Positions 47,339 to 59,326 of a DNA stretch of 64,000 nucleotides are shown here, piece after piece (within the stretch, counting starts at the first letter, position 1; the number at the start of each line of letters is the position of its first letter). A model generated the notes under the pieces. The model saw only the letters and a program-made list of their open reading frames with translations. It had not been told where the DNA came from and ran no database searches. A program made the position numbers and the translations under genes. The DNA comes from Vairimorpha necatrix (Eukaryota): positions 744,001-808,000 of the forward strand of contig CP142734.1 in NCBI GenBank assembly GCA_036630325.1, given 5' to 3'.

Positions 47339-48947
47339 GGTGCCCTTGGCTCAGTGGTAGAAGGCAATGATTCAATTGAGCAGTGGCTGGGTTCGATTCC
47401 CCAGGTGCCCTTGGCCGAGTGGTCGAAGGGATGTTCTCATTGACCAATGGGCTGGGTTCGAGTCCCAGGGGCACCAAATTGTTTCTACTTTCTATGATGC
47501 AGTTGGAACAACTCAGATGATGAAAATGTCCACGGTAATCATTAAGTTGATTCAATGAAACTTGTGTGTGTCCAGCCACAAGGGGATTAGCATCTAGTGT
47601 AGAAACGCACCTCAAGGCCAAAAAGCAGTATCGCCCTTTGGTGACTTAATGATACATAAAAGTATCTAATGGGTACGGCCTAGTTGGAGCCCATGGCTGG
47701 TGCACTCTAGAGTGGGATCCTAGAGCTAACTAAGAGACTAGACGAAGTAGGGCAATAGAAGGTCTCGTGGACCCTATCCTACATGACTCTGTAACACGGT
47801 GGCCGAAACTAGTGGGAGACTGGTGGTCAACGCAGTCCAATAAAAATGCCGGGCTGGGGATGTGGTCGTGTAAGGAGCCGTGTGTGCGATACAGATGATT
47901 GTAGGGACCTTTGAGTCAGTACGATGATGTCTCTCCTCGGGTTATAGATAACCATGCCCGTTAAGTATATCCGCTGTGAGGTCACTCTGGACGCGATTTG
48001 AGGTAAAAATGGAAAGTGTTCTCCTGGAGCCAAAGTCCAATGGATACGGCTGAGCTTGCTGCACCGGCAAGTTATACGGAGGGAGTTTTAGTGAGTAAGA
48101 ATCTCACAGTACCAGTTGGAAAAGGATCACACCCAAATCCCTCTGGTCCCTATGTAAGGTTTCTCCCTACCTCTTACTTGCAAAGAAAAAAAAAAAAAAA
48201 AAAAAAAAAGGTTCGATTCCCAGGGGCACCAAAATTGTTTCTACTTTCTATGATGCAGTTGGAACAACTCAGATGATGAAAATGTCCACAATAATCATTA
48301 AGTTGATTCAATGAAACTTGTGTGTGTCCAGCCACAAGGGGATTAGCATCTAGTGTAGAAACGCACTTCAAGGTCAAAAAACAGTATCGCCCTTTGGTGA
48401 CTTAATGATACATAAAAGTATCTAATGGGTACGGCCTAGTTGAAGCCCATGGCTGGTGCACTCTAGAGTGGGATCCTAGAGCTAACTAAGAGACTAGACG
48501 AAGTAGGGCAATAGAAGGTCTCGTGGACCCTATCCTACATGATTCTGTAACACGGTGGCCGAAACTAGTGGGAGACTGGTGGTCAACGGCCCAATAAAAA
48601 TGTTGGGCTGTGAAGTGGTCGTGTAAGGAGTTGTGTGTGTGCAATACAGATGATTGAAGGGACCTTTGGGTCAGTACAATGATGTCTCTCCTCGGATTAT
48701 AGATAACCATGCTCTTTAAGTATATCCGCTGTGAGGTCACTCTGGACGCGATTTGAGGTAAAAATGGAAAGTGTTCTCCCGGAGCCAAAGTCCAATGGAT
48801 ACGGCGGAGCTTGCTGCTCCGGCAAGTTATATGGAGGGAGTTTTAGTGAGTAAGAATCTCACAGTACCAGTTGGATGAGGATCACACCCAAATCCCTCTG
48901 GTCTCTATGTAAGGTTTCTCCCTTTCTCTTACTTGCAAGAAAAAAAA
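47339..48947 (+). mobile_element. tRNA-headed SINE, outer copy (47339..47401 plus 48210..48947)
   Basis: A box tggctcagtgg, B box ggttcgattcc, A-rich tail, ~15-bp TSD atttatttaa(g/t)tatt (47323-47337 and 48947-48961). Confidence 0.82.
47402..48209 (+). mobile_element. tRNA-headed SINE, inner full-length copy
   Basis: Head ggtgccc...gggcacca with A and B boxes and a T-arm, ~700-nt body, 24-nt poly(A), 12-bp TSD ggttcgattccc. Confidence 0.85.
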
Positions 48948-49569
48948 TTTATTTAATTATTTTACCCGGAGAGGCGTACGGAGGAATGGAAAGAAGAGAT
49001 AAAATTAATAATAAAAACATTTTACATTTTTTCCTCAGTAGTGGATACCACAATAAGAAGAGAGTAAATGGATGTTTTAATTGATTTTATTAAATTTATT
49101 TTTAATTTTATTTTTATTTTTGCTGCTCCATTTTTCTGGGCCTGCAAAACGGAGAAGCGCCTAAAAAAATGTTCCTAAGGATAAATCTTGTTCAATATAA
49201 TTTTTTATTTGAGTTTTTAAATGTATTATAAATAAGAATTTATACGAAAAAATCTTGCCCACTTACATTATGAACATATAAAACATGAAATTAGATTTTT
49301 AAATTAAAAATAGGTTTTTGCAAAATTAAGTCATGTTCATTGTGTTTTTAATAACCGCATTAAGACTATAACAAATAGCTGCTGTCTGATAATTTCTTAA
49401 GCTACTAAGTTATATAAGCATATATAAATATTATTTTTACAAATTTATGAGTATATTGAGTACGATTATTTCTTCAAAAATCCGACACTTAGCCCTCTTT
49501 CTCGTTTAATTTTTTAGATATGCTCTAGAAATTCTTAGATTTTAATTAAACATCAATTTGTAAGAATTT

Positions 49570-52275
49570 GGCGTAACGGTCCGAGCCCGGACTTCACCTT
49601 TTTTTTACGTACCGAATCCGGGCACAGACCGTAAAGCGAGGAAATTTTTTTTAAGAACTATATCCCAAGACTCGAATATTTACAAATTTGTTTAAATTTC
49701 ATTTTGATTAACATTTATTGAGCTATAAACCTTTTTGTCTTTTAGATGATTTTTTTCAAAATTATTTACCCTTATGGTATGTTTGGAATTGCTTGATAGT
49801 AGTATAAAAATCTTCCAAGGTTCACATGCGGCAATATGTTGGCTGTATGAAAATCATCTAAAAAAAGCAATAGAATATACGAAATTTCCTGGGATGTTGG
49901 TATTAACTCCGGATGATTCGTACATAGACTGCCACCGATTTAAGTGTAGAGGAAATAAAGAATGTGGAACGCAATAGAAGTTTTTGATTAAACTTCATTT
50001 TTAGTCTCCGAATACCTATACATAATTATTTGTACATTCTGTATTCATTCACTGAAAAGCAGTCTACACTAAACTTAAACAAAAGTTCCCGTGTGTCAGC
50101 TTCCACTGTCTTCAGGATCAAAAAAAAATATACGAAGCACTGAAAAGGAAAACATCAAGCACTAAAAAAAATAAAAACGTTGAAGAAGTGACACAAAACG
50201 ATGAAAAGGTTTTAGTAAATGAGCCATTTGTCAATCCACCATCGGAAAGATATGGCACAGTCAAAAACAGCACACGGTTGATTGGTACAATTGTTGAGCG
50301 AGCGTTAGAATAGAAAATCGAGATAATGTCTTGCCCTAATATTCAGATGATGATTTAAGGTTTTAAATTTTACACAAAAAACGAAACTATTTGTATAACT
50401 AACGGGCACAAATTCTACACCGCAGCAGTAGAATCAATCAACTCTAATCACCGCGTTTTGTCCACGATGTCCGCTTTAAAAACGAAGCAGTTGAGACCAT
50501 AAAACCAACATAGGGAGTCTGATCGCATCATAAATGTGATATAATAGCTAGAAAATGGATCAAAGAAAGAGCGATCCCAATTTTTTCGGAGAAATTTAAA
50601 TGGAAAGAAAATGTGCAATAAATAAAAATATTAAGAGTTGCGGAGATTTTTTCATTAAAATTATCAAAGTTTTCTTAGAATTAAATGCTTTTATTATAAT
50701 TACCGGGGTTCACAGTTTAAGAGATCCACCATAAAAGTCGAATTTTGCGAATTTTTAAAAAGAAATTATTATACTAGTATAAGAGATCCACCCCTCAGCC
50801 ATATGGTAAAAACTTAATTATAAAATATAAACCCTTTATTATAATAACCCTTATAATTTATATAAAATCTTCAGATAAATTTTCGCTCTAGGCCTTCGTC
50901 TTCAATTTCAGATAATTAGGAACATCTTATAGATTATTGTTTAAATTTAAAGTATTGTTTTTAAGAAAAAGTGAATCTGTTCCACACAATCTAAAAGCCT
51001 TAGAAGCCATTTTAGGGATTATTTTTTTAATGCATCCGCTATTGAATTCAAAATATATTCCCAGCTCAGTCCAAGCCTATAACCTTAATTTGTATATTCC
51101 TTTGGCCCGTTTGCAAACCATTCCTACCATTTTCTTTTAATTTAGCCTAAAAGAATTTATCAAAACATCTAATGGTTGTAAATAAGACGTAGTTTTAAAG
51201 GAATTAAAACAGTTTCAATGTAATTATTAGCAAAATTTTCCATAACTTTTTCAGTATAATGAGATTTATAGGTGTCAAGAATAAGAAGTTTTTTTTCTAT
51301 TTTCAAATGGCCCGTATTTGTTTAAACATGCTGAATCCATAAACACATCAGATTATGATCCATGTCTTCTGATTCAGATTTAGCTACAAAAAGATTATTT
51401 TGCGGTTTTTAAGCCCTTTTAAAATGACCATTCCCCTTAAAACATTACCTTCTGAGGAAAAAGTAATAACGACGGAAGTTTTAGTCTTCAAATTTCCAGT
51501 TGTATATGCCTCAGAGTTTTTTCGCCGGTAAATGATAATGTCCGCGATTGCATCATATCAATGTAAATAGGAGTTTCATCCTTATTATACACCACTGTTT
51601 GGCCGCCCATACAAGAAATTTATGATTAAAGGCTTTAAAATAATTCAACACGGTTTCTTTAACCTCCTGAGGCCTTCTGTTGTCTTCCTGAACAAAAGAT
51701 GTCATTTTTCTAAATTAAAAATGATTTCTTCTTTTGAACCTCATCAACCAACTCATACTTGCCTTAAAATCAGTAATGAACAACTTCTCTGCTATTTAAA
51801 AAGCCTTATCTCCAATATTATAAGTTTAGATAATTCACTTATTCTCACCTCGTCCTCCCTTCACCCAATCCACCAACATTTTTAAGAGTAAGCCATTTAG
51901 CAGAAGTACCGGCACGCATTCTTTTAGTCTTTTTAATGTTGCTTTGGCATAACAAATTAAACTTCGGCCCTTTTCCAATCAACGAAGCATTTTCCTAGTA
52001 ATCTGCAACTCTAATGGAGTTATACTACTATCTCCATTGTTTTAATACGCAATCTTTGTAACCTTCTAATTTTTCTTTTGGAGTGTACGCTTTTTTTTCA
52101 TGGGGGTAAATTTTCAAATATTTTATATCAATAGAAGAGATTCACCCATATATGAGATCCATGGTCTCTTCTATGGGTGGATCTCTAAACCCGGAACCCC
52201 GGTATTTTTTTTTTTCGTTTCTCTATTAGGGTCTCCCTTAGAGAGAAAAAATGTCCGGGCTCAGACCGTTGCGCC
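49570..52275 (+). mobile_element. Decayed Merlin-like transposon containing a pogo element
   Basis: TIRs ggcg.aacggtc.gagcccggac; agaattt repeated on both flanks; transposase remnants from 49774. Confidence 0.78.
50703..52202 (-). mobile_element. pogo-family (Tc1/mariner superfamily, DDE_1) transposon, decayed
   Basis: TA flanks; TIRs ccggggttc....ttta.gagatccacc; minus strand encodes DETP, LILDTYKSH and TSYLQPLDV; CCCCC-ATG at 52101. Confidence 0.88.
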
Positions 52276-52869
52276 AGAATTTTATATAAACACTAAAAAA
52301 AGGATTATAAAAGATACCAACACCTGTTTCTCATTCAATAGCTAACATCGAGCATTGATTATCTTAAGAAATAAATTAAAAAAATTAAAAATTGAAAATA
52401 TGATGTTGTATTCATAAACAAAATTTAAAAGAGTAATCGCATAAAATTGTGTTCACAAAATTTCGTTTTAATTTAAGTAGGTGACCATATTTGTATTAAG
52501 ATTCAATTTTCGTGGCACGTTCAACAAGAATATAAGCGGTGTCAATCGAGATATTATATATTGCTAGCACGTAAGTATACAACATTTTTACATTTTATTC
52601 TAAAAGAATCGCACAAATAAATATAGTTTATTAAAATATATTACTATAATAAACCGCATTTGTCTTATCGGTTTTTAGTAGATAATATATCTTGTTCAAA
52701 ACAAACAATTACTTATAAGTAAAAATATCAAATGCAGTTTTCAATGTATAAAGTATATCAATAAAGATTATAAAAAACTCAAATTTATAGTATAACAAAA
52801 GTAAAACAAAATATAGGGTCTATTTTTACAATTTTTAATTTAAATTCATTGAATACACTTCTTCATTGC

Positions 52870-54100
52870 CGTGGTATATTAACCCCAATCGGGGGTTTGA
52901 TAAAATTTCTTTCCATTTATCTTGGCAAACTATAAAAATAACTTAATTTAAAATTTTTTAGTTTTAATATTAGTGTCGAAGTCATTTTTTACGACCACAT
53001 AATCTCCAATAGAGAAATCATTGATAGAATTATGAACACATTTACTGGCCATTCTAGACAGATATTTTATAAAACTCAATCCATTTCTTGCCGATATCGT
53101 GTTTGAAATTGTTTAATCCTTATCAGTAGAATCATCATTATCATTATCTTTCAGACATGTATCGTAATCGATGCTTCCATACCTAAAATTAGGTAGACTT
53201 CTTTGTAGTGGAGTAATCGTTGGTGCTATAATCATAAACAACTTTAATGATAAACCTAGCCAGTTCTTACTGTTATAATGTTTTTGTAAAGATGTTTTTG
53301 TATGTATTGAGTAAGTGTTTGATTAAACAACTTGACTTGTCCTTGACTCTAAAGATGACGAGACTGCCAAGAATAATTAAAATTTTCTTTTTTTTTTAAA
53401 AAAATTCAAGGAATGTTTAATTTCTAAACCTTTTGTAGTTGTCACATTGAAGTATGCCTGAAAACCCACGTTTGAAATTTGTATACTAACTGTAAAACGA
53501 CTTCGGCGGCAGTTTTAATTTTAAAGCAGAGGTAAATCATATTTTACATTACGTCTATTGTTTGACAGTTTCAAACTAAAAGCTTCATTTTCGCAGATAT
53601 AAGCCCTCATATCAACAAGATCACTGATAAATCTTTCAAAAGGTTTTTAGCGACAATGTGCTTAAACTTTTCATTTGTTTTAAGAGGTTGTGCTTGCATG
53701 CGCATATTGCATATACTGCAAACCTCTATTACAATACACATGAGTATTCTAAAGTATTGTTCTCTGTACATATCATAGAGGCGAATCGCGCCAAAATGAT
53801 GCTGTCGATTAAGTCCTTGAACCTTTATTTTCATGGCTTAACCATGGTACTTACAAATAATCGTTTGTGGCTACCTCCCACATCTTCTATAAAAGAATTT
53901 TTCTACAAGAATAAAACTTTGGGACATCTTTTTTGTCGGTATTTTAAATATTTGACACATCTAAGGCTACCCTCTTCTTCTTTGAGCATTGGGACAAGCA
54001 GATCATACTCAACTTGGTCTTTTACTTCTTTCGTTGAGGCAAAAAAGTAAATCAAACTTTAAATGATAGTTCATACTATAAATAAATGAGAGCATTATTG
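52870..54100 (-). pseudogene. Decayed integrase related to the Ginger-like family
   Basis: QAQPLKTNEKFKHIVAK resembles QSQPLKNKERQLHITAS; further decayed integrase-like segments. Ends are uncertain. Confidence 0.6.
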
Positions 54101-54532
54101 TCAACCAGCTTGGCACAGAGGTTGTTATGGCGGCCAATACTTTAAAGTTCTTAGGTTTGAATCCCAACGGTTTTAAAATTTATTTAGGGGTCAGTAAGTA
54201 AAAAAAATTAGTTGAATAAATCAGTAACAGTTAACATACATATATATAGCTTGTAAAATTACAAATGTTAAATATTGTAATTAGGATCAAAACTTAAAAA
54301 TCTCCGACCGAGCGACAATTATTACAAAAAATTGGCTATTTATTTCTTCCCAAACTTTTATTTTGACCATGCACAAAATACTCTTAGCAATTAAGACTAA
54401 GGAAGGGGTTTACAGTCAAAAATAATGCTCCGAACAAGATGTCCAACTTGCCTACAAATAAAATGTAACAAGTCTACTAAATACATATTTATACAGAGAT
54501 GCTCCTCTGATTTAAGTCCTCCCAATATTTAT

Positions 54533-56198
54533 TGTGGCGCGCGAGCGTTATTCCCACCCAACAGAAAGTAAAAAAATAAGAAATGAAAAGAAAACAAATA
54601 AATTGTAAGATCGATTGTTTAATATTAAAGTTTTTTTTTTGGCCTAGAAATAGATAGAATTTGTTTACCTTCTTCATTTTTACATATTACTCTGTTGTTT
54701 AAGAGAATTTCTGTAATCGTAACGTCTTTAGAAAAAAGGAAAATAATTTAATTTTTTGTTTTGGTATTATTATCAAAGTCTCTAGCTACAATTACCTTGT
54801 CCAAAATTTTAAAAGTATATTATGAGATATGGTAAATGCAAACGATCCATTCTTGCAAGGTAATTTGGATTAACAGAACCAGTTTCTGCTTTTTCTTCAA
54901 GAACACCAATCTAACATCATTTTTATTTTCTGCATCACCCATCAATTCAACCTTTCCGTGCTATCATTAAAGACTCGTTACCATTCTGGACAAAAACAGA
55001 ATTAAATCCGGTATTTTTAAGAATAGGTTAAATGGAACCTGCTTTGTCGCATTATGTTTGGCTAAATTATAGTTATATACGACTTTATTAAGATGTTTAA
55101 GCCATTCATACTCTTCTTCGGCTCTAGAATTCCTAACAGCAACCAAACCTTATTCAAAAACGTGTTTTTAAATAGTGCGAGTTAAAGTTTGATTGAACCT
55201 TTCTAATTGCCCGTTTGATTGTAGGTGACGCGGCCTACTATGTTTTTATACAATAATAAAGTCTGCACAAAGTATATTTAATGGGAATTGCATAAATCCT
55301 TTCCATTTTCGCTTTGAAGGATCTTGAAAGGACCAGTAATATTGTAAAATATAAATTTTATGTTTTTTTGTAACCTCTACCCCTCGTTTTACTCTTTGAT
55401 GGAAAGGCCCAAACAAATTTAGAATACACATCAATTATTGTTAAAATCCAAAAATACCCATCGTTAAACTTTTTATTGCGCGTCATATGATTAAATCGAT
55501 CATAATTTGTTTTATTGGTTTAGAGGCTGTAATATGAATTTGGCGCTCTTTATTTTTTACCGGCTGCTATTATCCACATACGATGCATTCGAAGACGACT
55601 TTTCTATTAATGTCCCCAGGGATTTAGAAAAACCTATTGCATGATGCTTCAAATCTGTTAACGCCCCTGTGATGAAGCTGGTGAAAAGCTCTACATTCAG
55701 TTTCCATGACTTCAAGCTGTTCACAATGGATTCCTTTAGATGGTTCCATTAACCTCATCCCTTAAATATAGTACCCCATCTATAAGAAGGCCCCTGACAA
55801 CTTTTTGTTGCTTCTCTAAAACAACTTCATTATCCCTGCCTTGTAAGATTAATGTCAAATTATCAAAATCAACAGCATTTCTGAGAGTTAGAATCATTTT
55901 GGGGGGATAAAAAGATTATTTTATTTATCAAATTGAATAATGCAAGTGTTGCTTTATAGTAAAACTTTATGTTTTTTGAGTATGCCATAGTCTAGTGGCA
56001 TGCTTTGATTTCCCGTGTATAGGCCGTGGGTTCGAATCCAATTTAAAACATTTATTTATCTAATTAAGATATAATTTAGATTTAGACGTGGCTTTCTTTA
56101 AGGGAAACTCGAAGTCAATGCTTGCACATGTTGGAACATCATGGGATCGACGCATGCACAGGTTGGAAATCCTAGGAGGCCAATGCTCGCGCGCCACA
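54533..56198 (-). mobile_element. Second Ginger-like element, decayed, opposite orientation
   Basis: tgtggcgcgcgagc...gctcgcgcgccaca termini; TSD tttat; homologous to 10089..11386 along its length. Confidence 0.88.
55981..56039 (+). promoter_or_regulatory. Pol III A box and B box in the second Ginger-like copy
   Basis: TAGTCTAGTGG (55988-55998) and GGTTCGAATCC (56029-56039). Confidence 0.65.
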
Positions 56199-56721
56199 TT
56201 TATTATTTTCTTTTTAAAATCGAAACAAAATTCGGGCTGTCATTAAATACTATTTTTTTATTTTCTTGGCCCACCTTTTAGTTCATTTTTTTGAATTCTT
56301 GTTCTCAAATTCGCTATATAATTTTTGATCATTCAAATATAAACCCAAATATATACATTTAAAAAATCCAATAAAACTCTAAGTCTTTTTATTTAATTCT
56401 ATTAAATATAAATAAGGGGTAGGGAACTTAAAATTACAATATTTTATATCGATTTAAAATATATAAAAGTTGCTATTAATTTTGTAAATCTATTACAGAA
56501 TACTACTCAATAATTTTTATATTGCGTTTTATGATAAATAAAGACATTATCTTTTCTTTACATTATTTTATCTTTATTGATCCAAATTCGTAAATATCAA
56601 AAATTTTAATTTATTTACTAAATTAATATCGCTCAACTGACAAATCTTAAAAAATTAATTCAATTTTTTTTATAAAATTTTTTGATCAAAAATCTGCTTT
56701 TTTTTTTATTCCCCTTTATAA

Positions 56722-57957
56722 ATGAACAATCAAATAAAAACTAATAAGAATTCTAAGAATTTAGATATTATCCATGAAATCATTACAATTTATAGAAAAA
56801 TGAAAAGAGGAAAAAACAATCAAAATTTATATAGAATGCAATTAAATGTTGATCATTATAAACCAGATTTCCCCGATTTAGATATAGAAGGCAGTTTACA
56901 AGAAGGTATTATTGGTTCAAGTTGTAAAATAATAGATTTTTGTAAATATAGATATCTTGATAATATGAAATATATGTTTTATTCTAAAGAGACTACCTTG
57001 ATAGAATCAGAAGATATTTTTGCTAATATGGAGATATTAAATAATAAATATTACTGGTTAAACATATTCAATCCAAGTGAAAAAGATTTAGAAATATTGG
57101 GGAATTATCTTGGAGTACATGACGTCACTCTGATAGATATTAGAGAAAAGAATACGGAAGAAAAGATTGAACATTTTAAAAATTATCTTTTTATAAGTCT
57201 TAAGCTTTTAAGTACTTGTAATCTTGATACAGAAGATATAGATTTTAATATTTTAATTTTTAAAGATTTTATTATTACGACACATGATAAACAATGGAGT
57301 GGTATAAGAGATATACTGAATTTTCTTAGTACTATTTCTACACATACTACTTTATACCCAGATTGGGTTTTTTATTCAATTATTATTGAGTTTTTACAAG
57401 ATGTTAAATATGTTTTAGAAAATGTTAGACCAGAAAGCACAGCCAAAAAAGCCTGTTCTAAATCTATAAATTATGAGACAGGAGACAATCTTAAGAAGAA
57501 TTTCGAGATGGTTTACCAGTTATACAATTTCCGACAATTTATTAGACCTAAGATTATTATCTTAGAAAAGATAAGGAAAATCAAGTCTAAGACTCATCAT
57601 ACAGTTTTACATTTATTAAATGATTGTTATAAAGATTTCAAGAGACAGCAGAAGTTAGCTATGGAATATAATGAAATATTAGAAAGATCACAAGATTTAT
57701 TTTTAGCTTTAGTTGATATGGAACAAAGTAGAGAAGCCAATGAAATGAATAAAACTATGAATAGGTTTACAGAGATAGCTTTTGTATTTTTACCATGTCA
57801 GACTATAGCAGGACTTTGGGGAATGAATGTTAAAGTACCATGGCAGAATGAAGAGACAGTGTTTTATTTTTGGTTTTTATGTGCAGTAGGACCATTGTTT
57901 AGTTTAATTGTTTATTATTTCTACAGATTTATGAAGAAAAAAGAGATTTCAAATTAA
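56722..57957 (+). CDS. CorA/Alr1-family magnesium transporter
   Basis: GLWGMNVKVPW signature between two C-terminal hydrophobic helices; CCCC upstream of the ATG. Confidence 0.92.
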   Translation: MNNQIKTNKNSKNLDIIHEIITIYRKMKRGKNNQNLYRMQLNVDHYKPDFPDLDIEGSLQEGIIGSSCKIIDFCKYRYLDNMKYMFYSKETTLIESEDIFANMEILNNKYYWLNIFNPSEKDLEILGNYLGVHDVTLIDIREKNTEEKIEHFKNYLFISLKLLSTCNLDTEDIDFNILIFKDFIITTHDKQWSGIRDILNFLSTISTHTTLYPDWVFYSIIIEFLQDVKYVLENVRPESTAKKACSKSINYETGDNLKKNFEMVYQLYNFRQFIRPKIIILEKIRKIKSKTHHTVLHLLNDCYKDFKRQQKLAMEYNEILERSQDLFLALVDMEQSREANEMNKTMNRFTEIAFVFLPCQTIAGLWGMNVKVPWQNEETVFYFWFLCAVGPLFSLIVYYFYRFMKKKEISN

Positions 57958-58072
57958 ACAAACAAATTTGAAACAAATTGAAAATTTTTAAAATTTATTT
58001 ACTTGAGTAAATAAAGTCTACTACATCTAAATATAATTTTAGTTTACTTATTTTATACTTTTTATTATTATC

Positions 58073-58462
58073 TTATAATTTTAGTTTATTTATTTTATTA
58101 TTCAATTCTTCTTTTTTGTTATTAATTTTATACTTCTTTATATTTCCACACTGACATTCACTATTCAATTCTTCTTTTTTAATTTTATACTTCTTTATAT
58201 CTCCACACTGACACTCACTAATAAACCAGTACTCCTTTTTTATTTTTATTATCTTCGTCTTTCTATTGTTTATTATGACTCTATGACATTTATAACATAT
58301 AGATCTCTTAATACTTATAGGGATTTTTATAAGAAACTTTTTTGATATTAGTAATATCCTCTTGATGATATTGCAATGTAGATCAGTATTGTGTAAGAGT
58401 AAAGCCATTTTAAACATGTGATTTAATTTTGATATTGTTGAAGCAGATTTAAATTTGACCAT
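58073..58462 (-). CDS. RPR2: RNase P subunit Rpr2/Rpp21-like
   Basis: Small basic protein with IKRSICYKC and ECQCG zinc-ribbon motifs. Confidence 0.75.
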   Translation of the reverse strand: MVKFKSASTISKLNHMFKMALLLHNTDLHCNIIKRILLISKKFLIKIPISIKRSICYKCHRVIINNRKTKIIKIKKEYWFISECQCGDIKKYKIKKEELNSECQCGNIKKYKINNKKEELNNKINKLKL

Positions 58463-59326
58463 GGGTGTTATTAATAAAAAAAATGATTAGTACAGAGATT
58501 ATGTCTTAGATATTAGTATTTTATAGGACAAGAAGTTTTTAAAATATTGTGTCGCATTAAGAATGAATCAAGAAATCACATAAATATGTTTTTAATAAAT
58601 TATTTTATGTATTTTGTAGTTTATGCAAAAAAGCTTAAATAAAAAAGAATTTAGCATGAAAAAAACAAAATTGACAGATCTTAATTGGCACAAATTTTCA
58701 CTCTTGATCTTAATTAGCACAAATTATCACTCCTGATATTATTAGCACACATATTCTATGAGATTTATAAAATCCAATTGATTGATTCAAAAGTGCCTTT
58801 ATATAAAAAAATAGTCCTTTAAAATGAATTTTGAAGCGAACAAACAGAATCAGGAAGAAACACCATAAACCCTAAATAGATATTATTTTAATCTTATAAA
58901 TACAATATTATAAATACAATATTATAAATACAATAATACAAATATGTTTACTCTTCATTTACAGTTTAATGACATTAAAAGACTGTATGGATTTTTGAAT
59001 TTTCTTTAAAAAAGCAATGAAAGAAGATTACAAGATCAGAAAGACATATTAATTACAAAGTAGAGCTATACAAAGGGTTAAATTATTATAAAAATACACC
59101 AGGACTAAAAAACATTGATCTAGTTATTCTTAGAAGTGTAAACATTAATATTTTATCAAATGAAATATTCAAACATTAAGGACATTTATAATATTATATA
59201 TGAAGAGTTAAATACCTTATATACATATACATCTTATATTGTATTTTACTTCACTCATTACATACACTTACTCACATTTCACTTCACTTCCCATTTCACT
59301 TTTCTGCTTTTTCTTTACCCCTCATT

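Larger units (their letters stand above)
47305..49052 (+). repeat. Partial LTR of the 22964 family, split by the SINE insertion
   Basis: ccagtttccctccaacat on the left and ccggagagg..ggataccaca on the right match 23018..23141. Confidence 0.8.

Noticed and set aside
47404-47476. Functional tRNA gene
   Set aside because: No canonical anticodon stem-loop; it is the head of a poly(A)-tailed, TSD-flanked repeat.
47339-47476. Dimeric tRNA head followed by a 5'-truncated tandem copy
   Set aside because: Better explained by nested insertion with the 12-bp TSD ggttcgattccc.
47729-47990. Group I intron (aagagactagacg), group II domain V (gagccgtgtg) or hammerhead (ctgtgag) in the SINE body
   Set aside because: Only isolated motif look-alikes. 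No matching S element, pairing partner or GAAA core was found, and the domain V-like string is not conserved in the second copy. A covariance-model search is still worthwhile.
47325-48788. Short ORFs in the SINE region
   Set aside because: No domains, and frames differ between the two copies.
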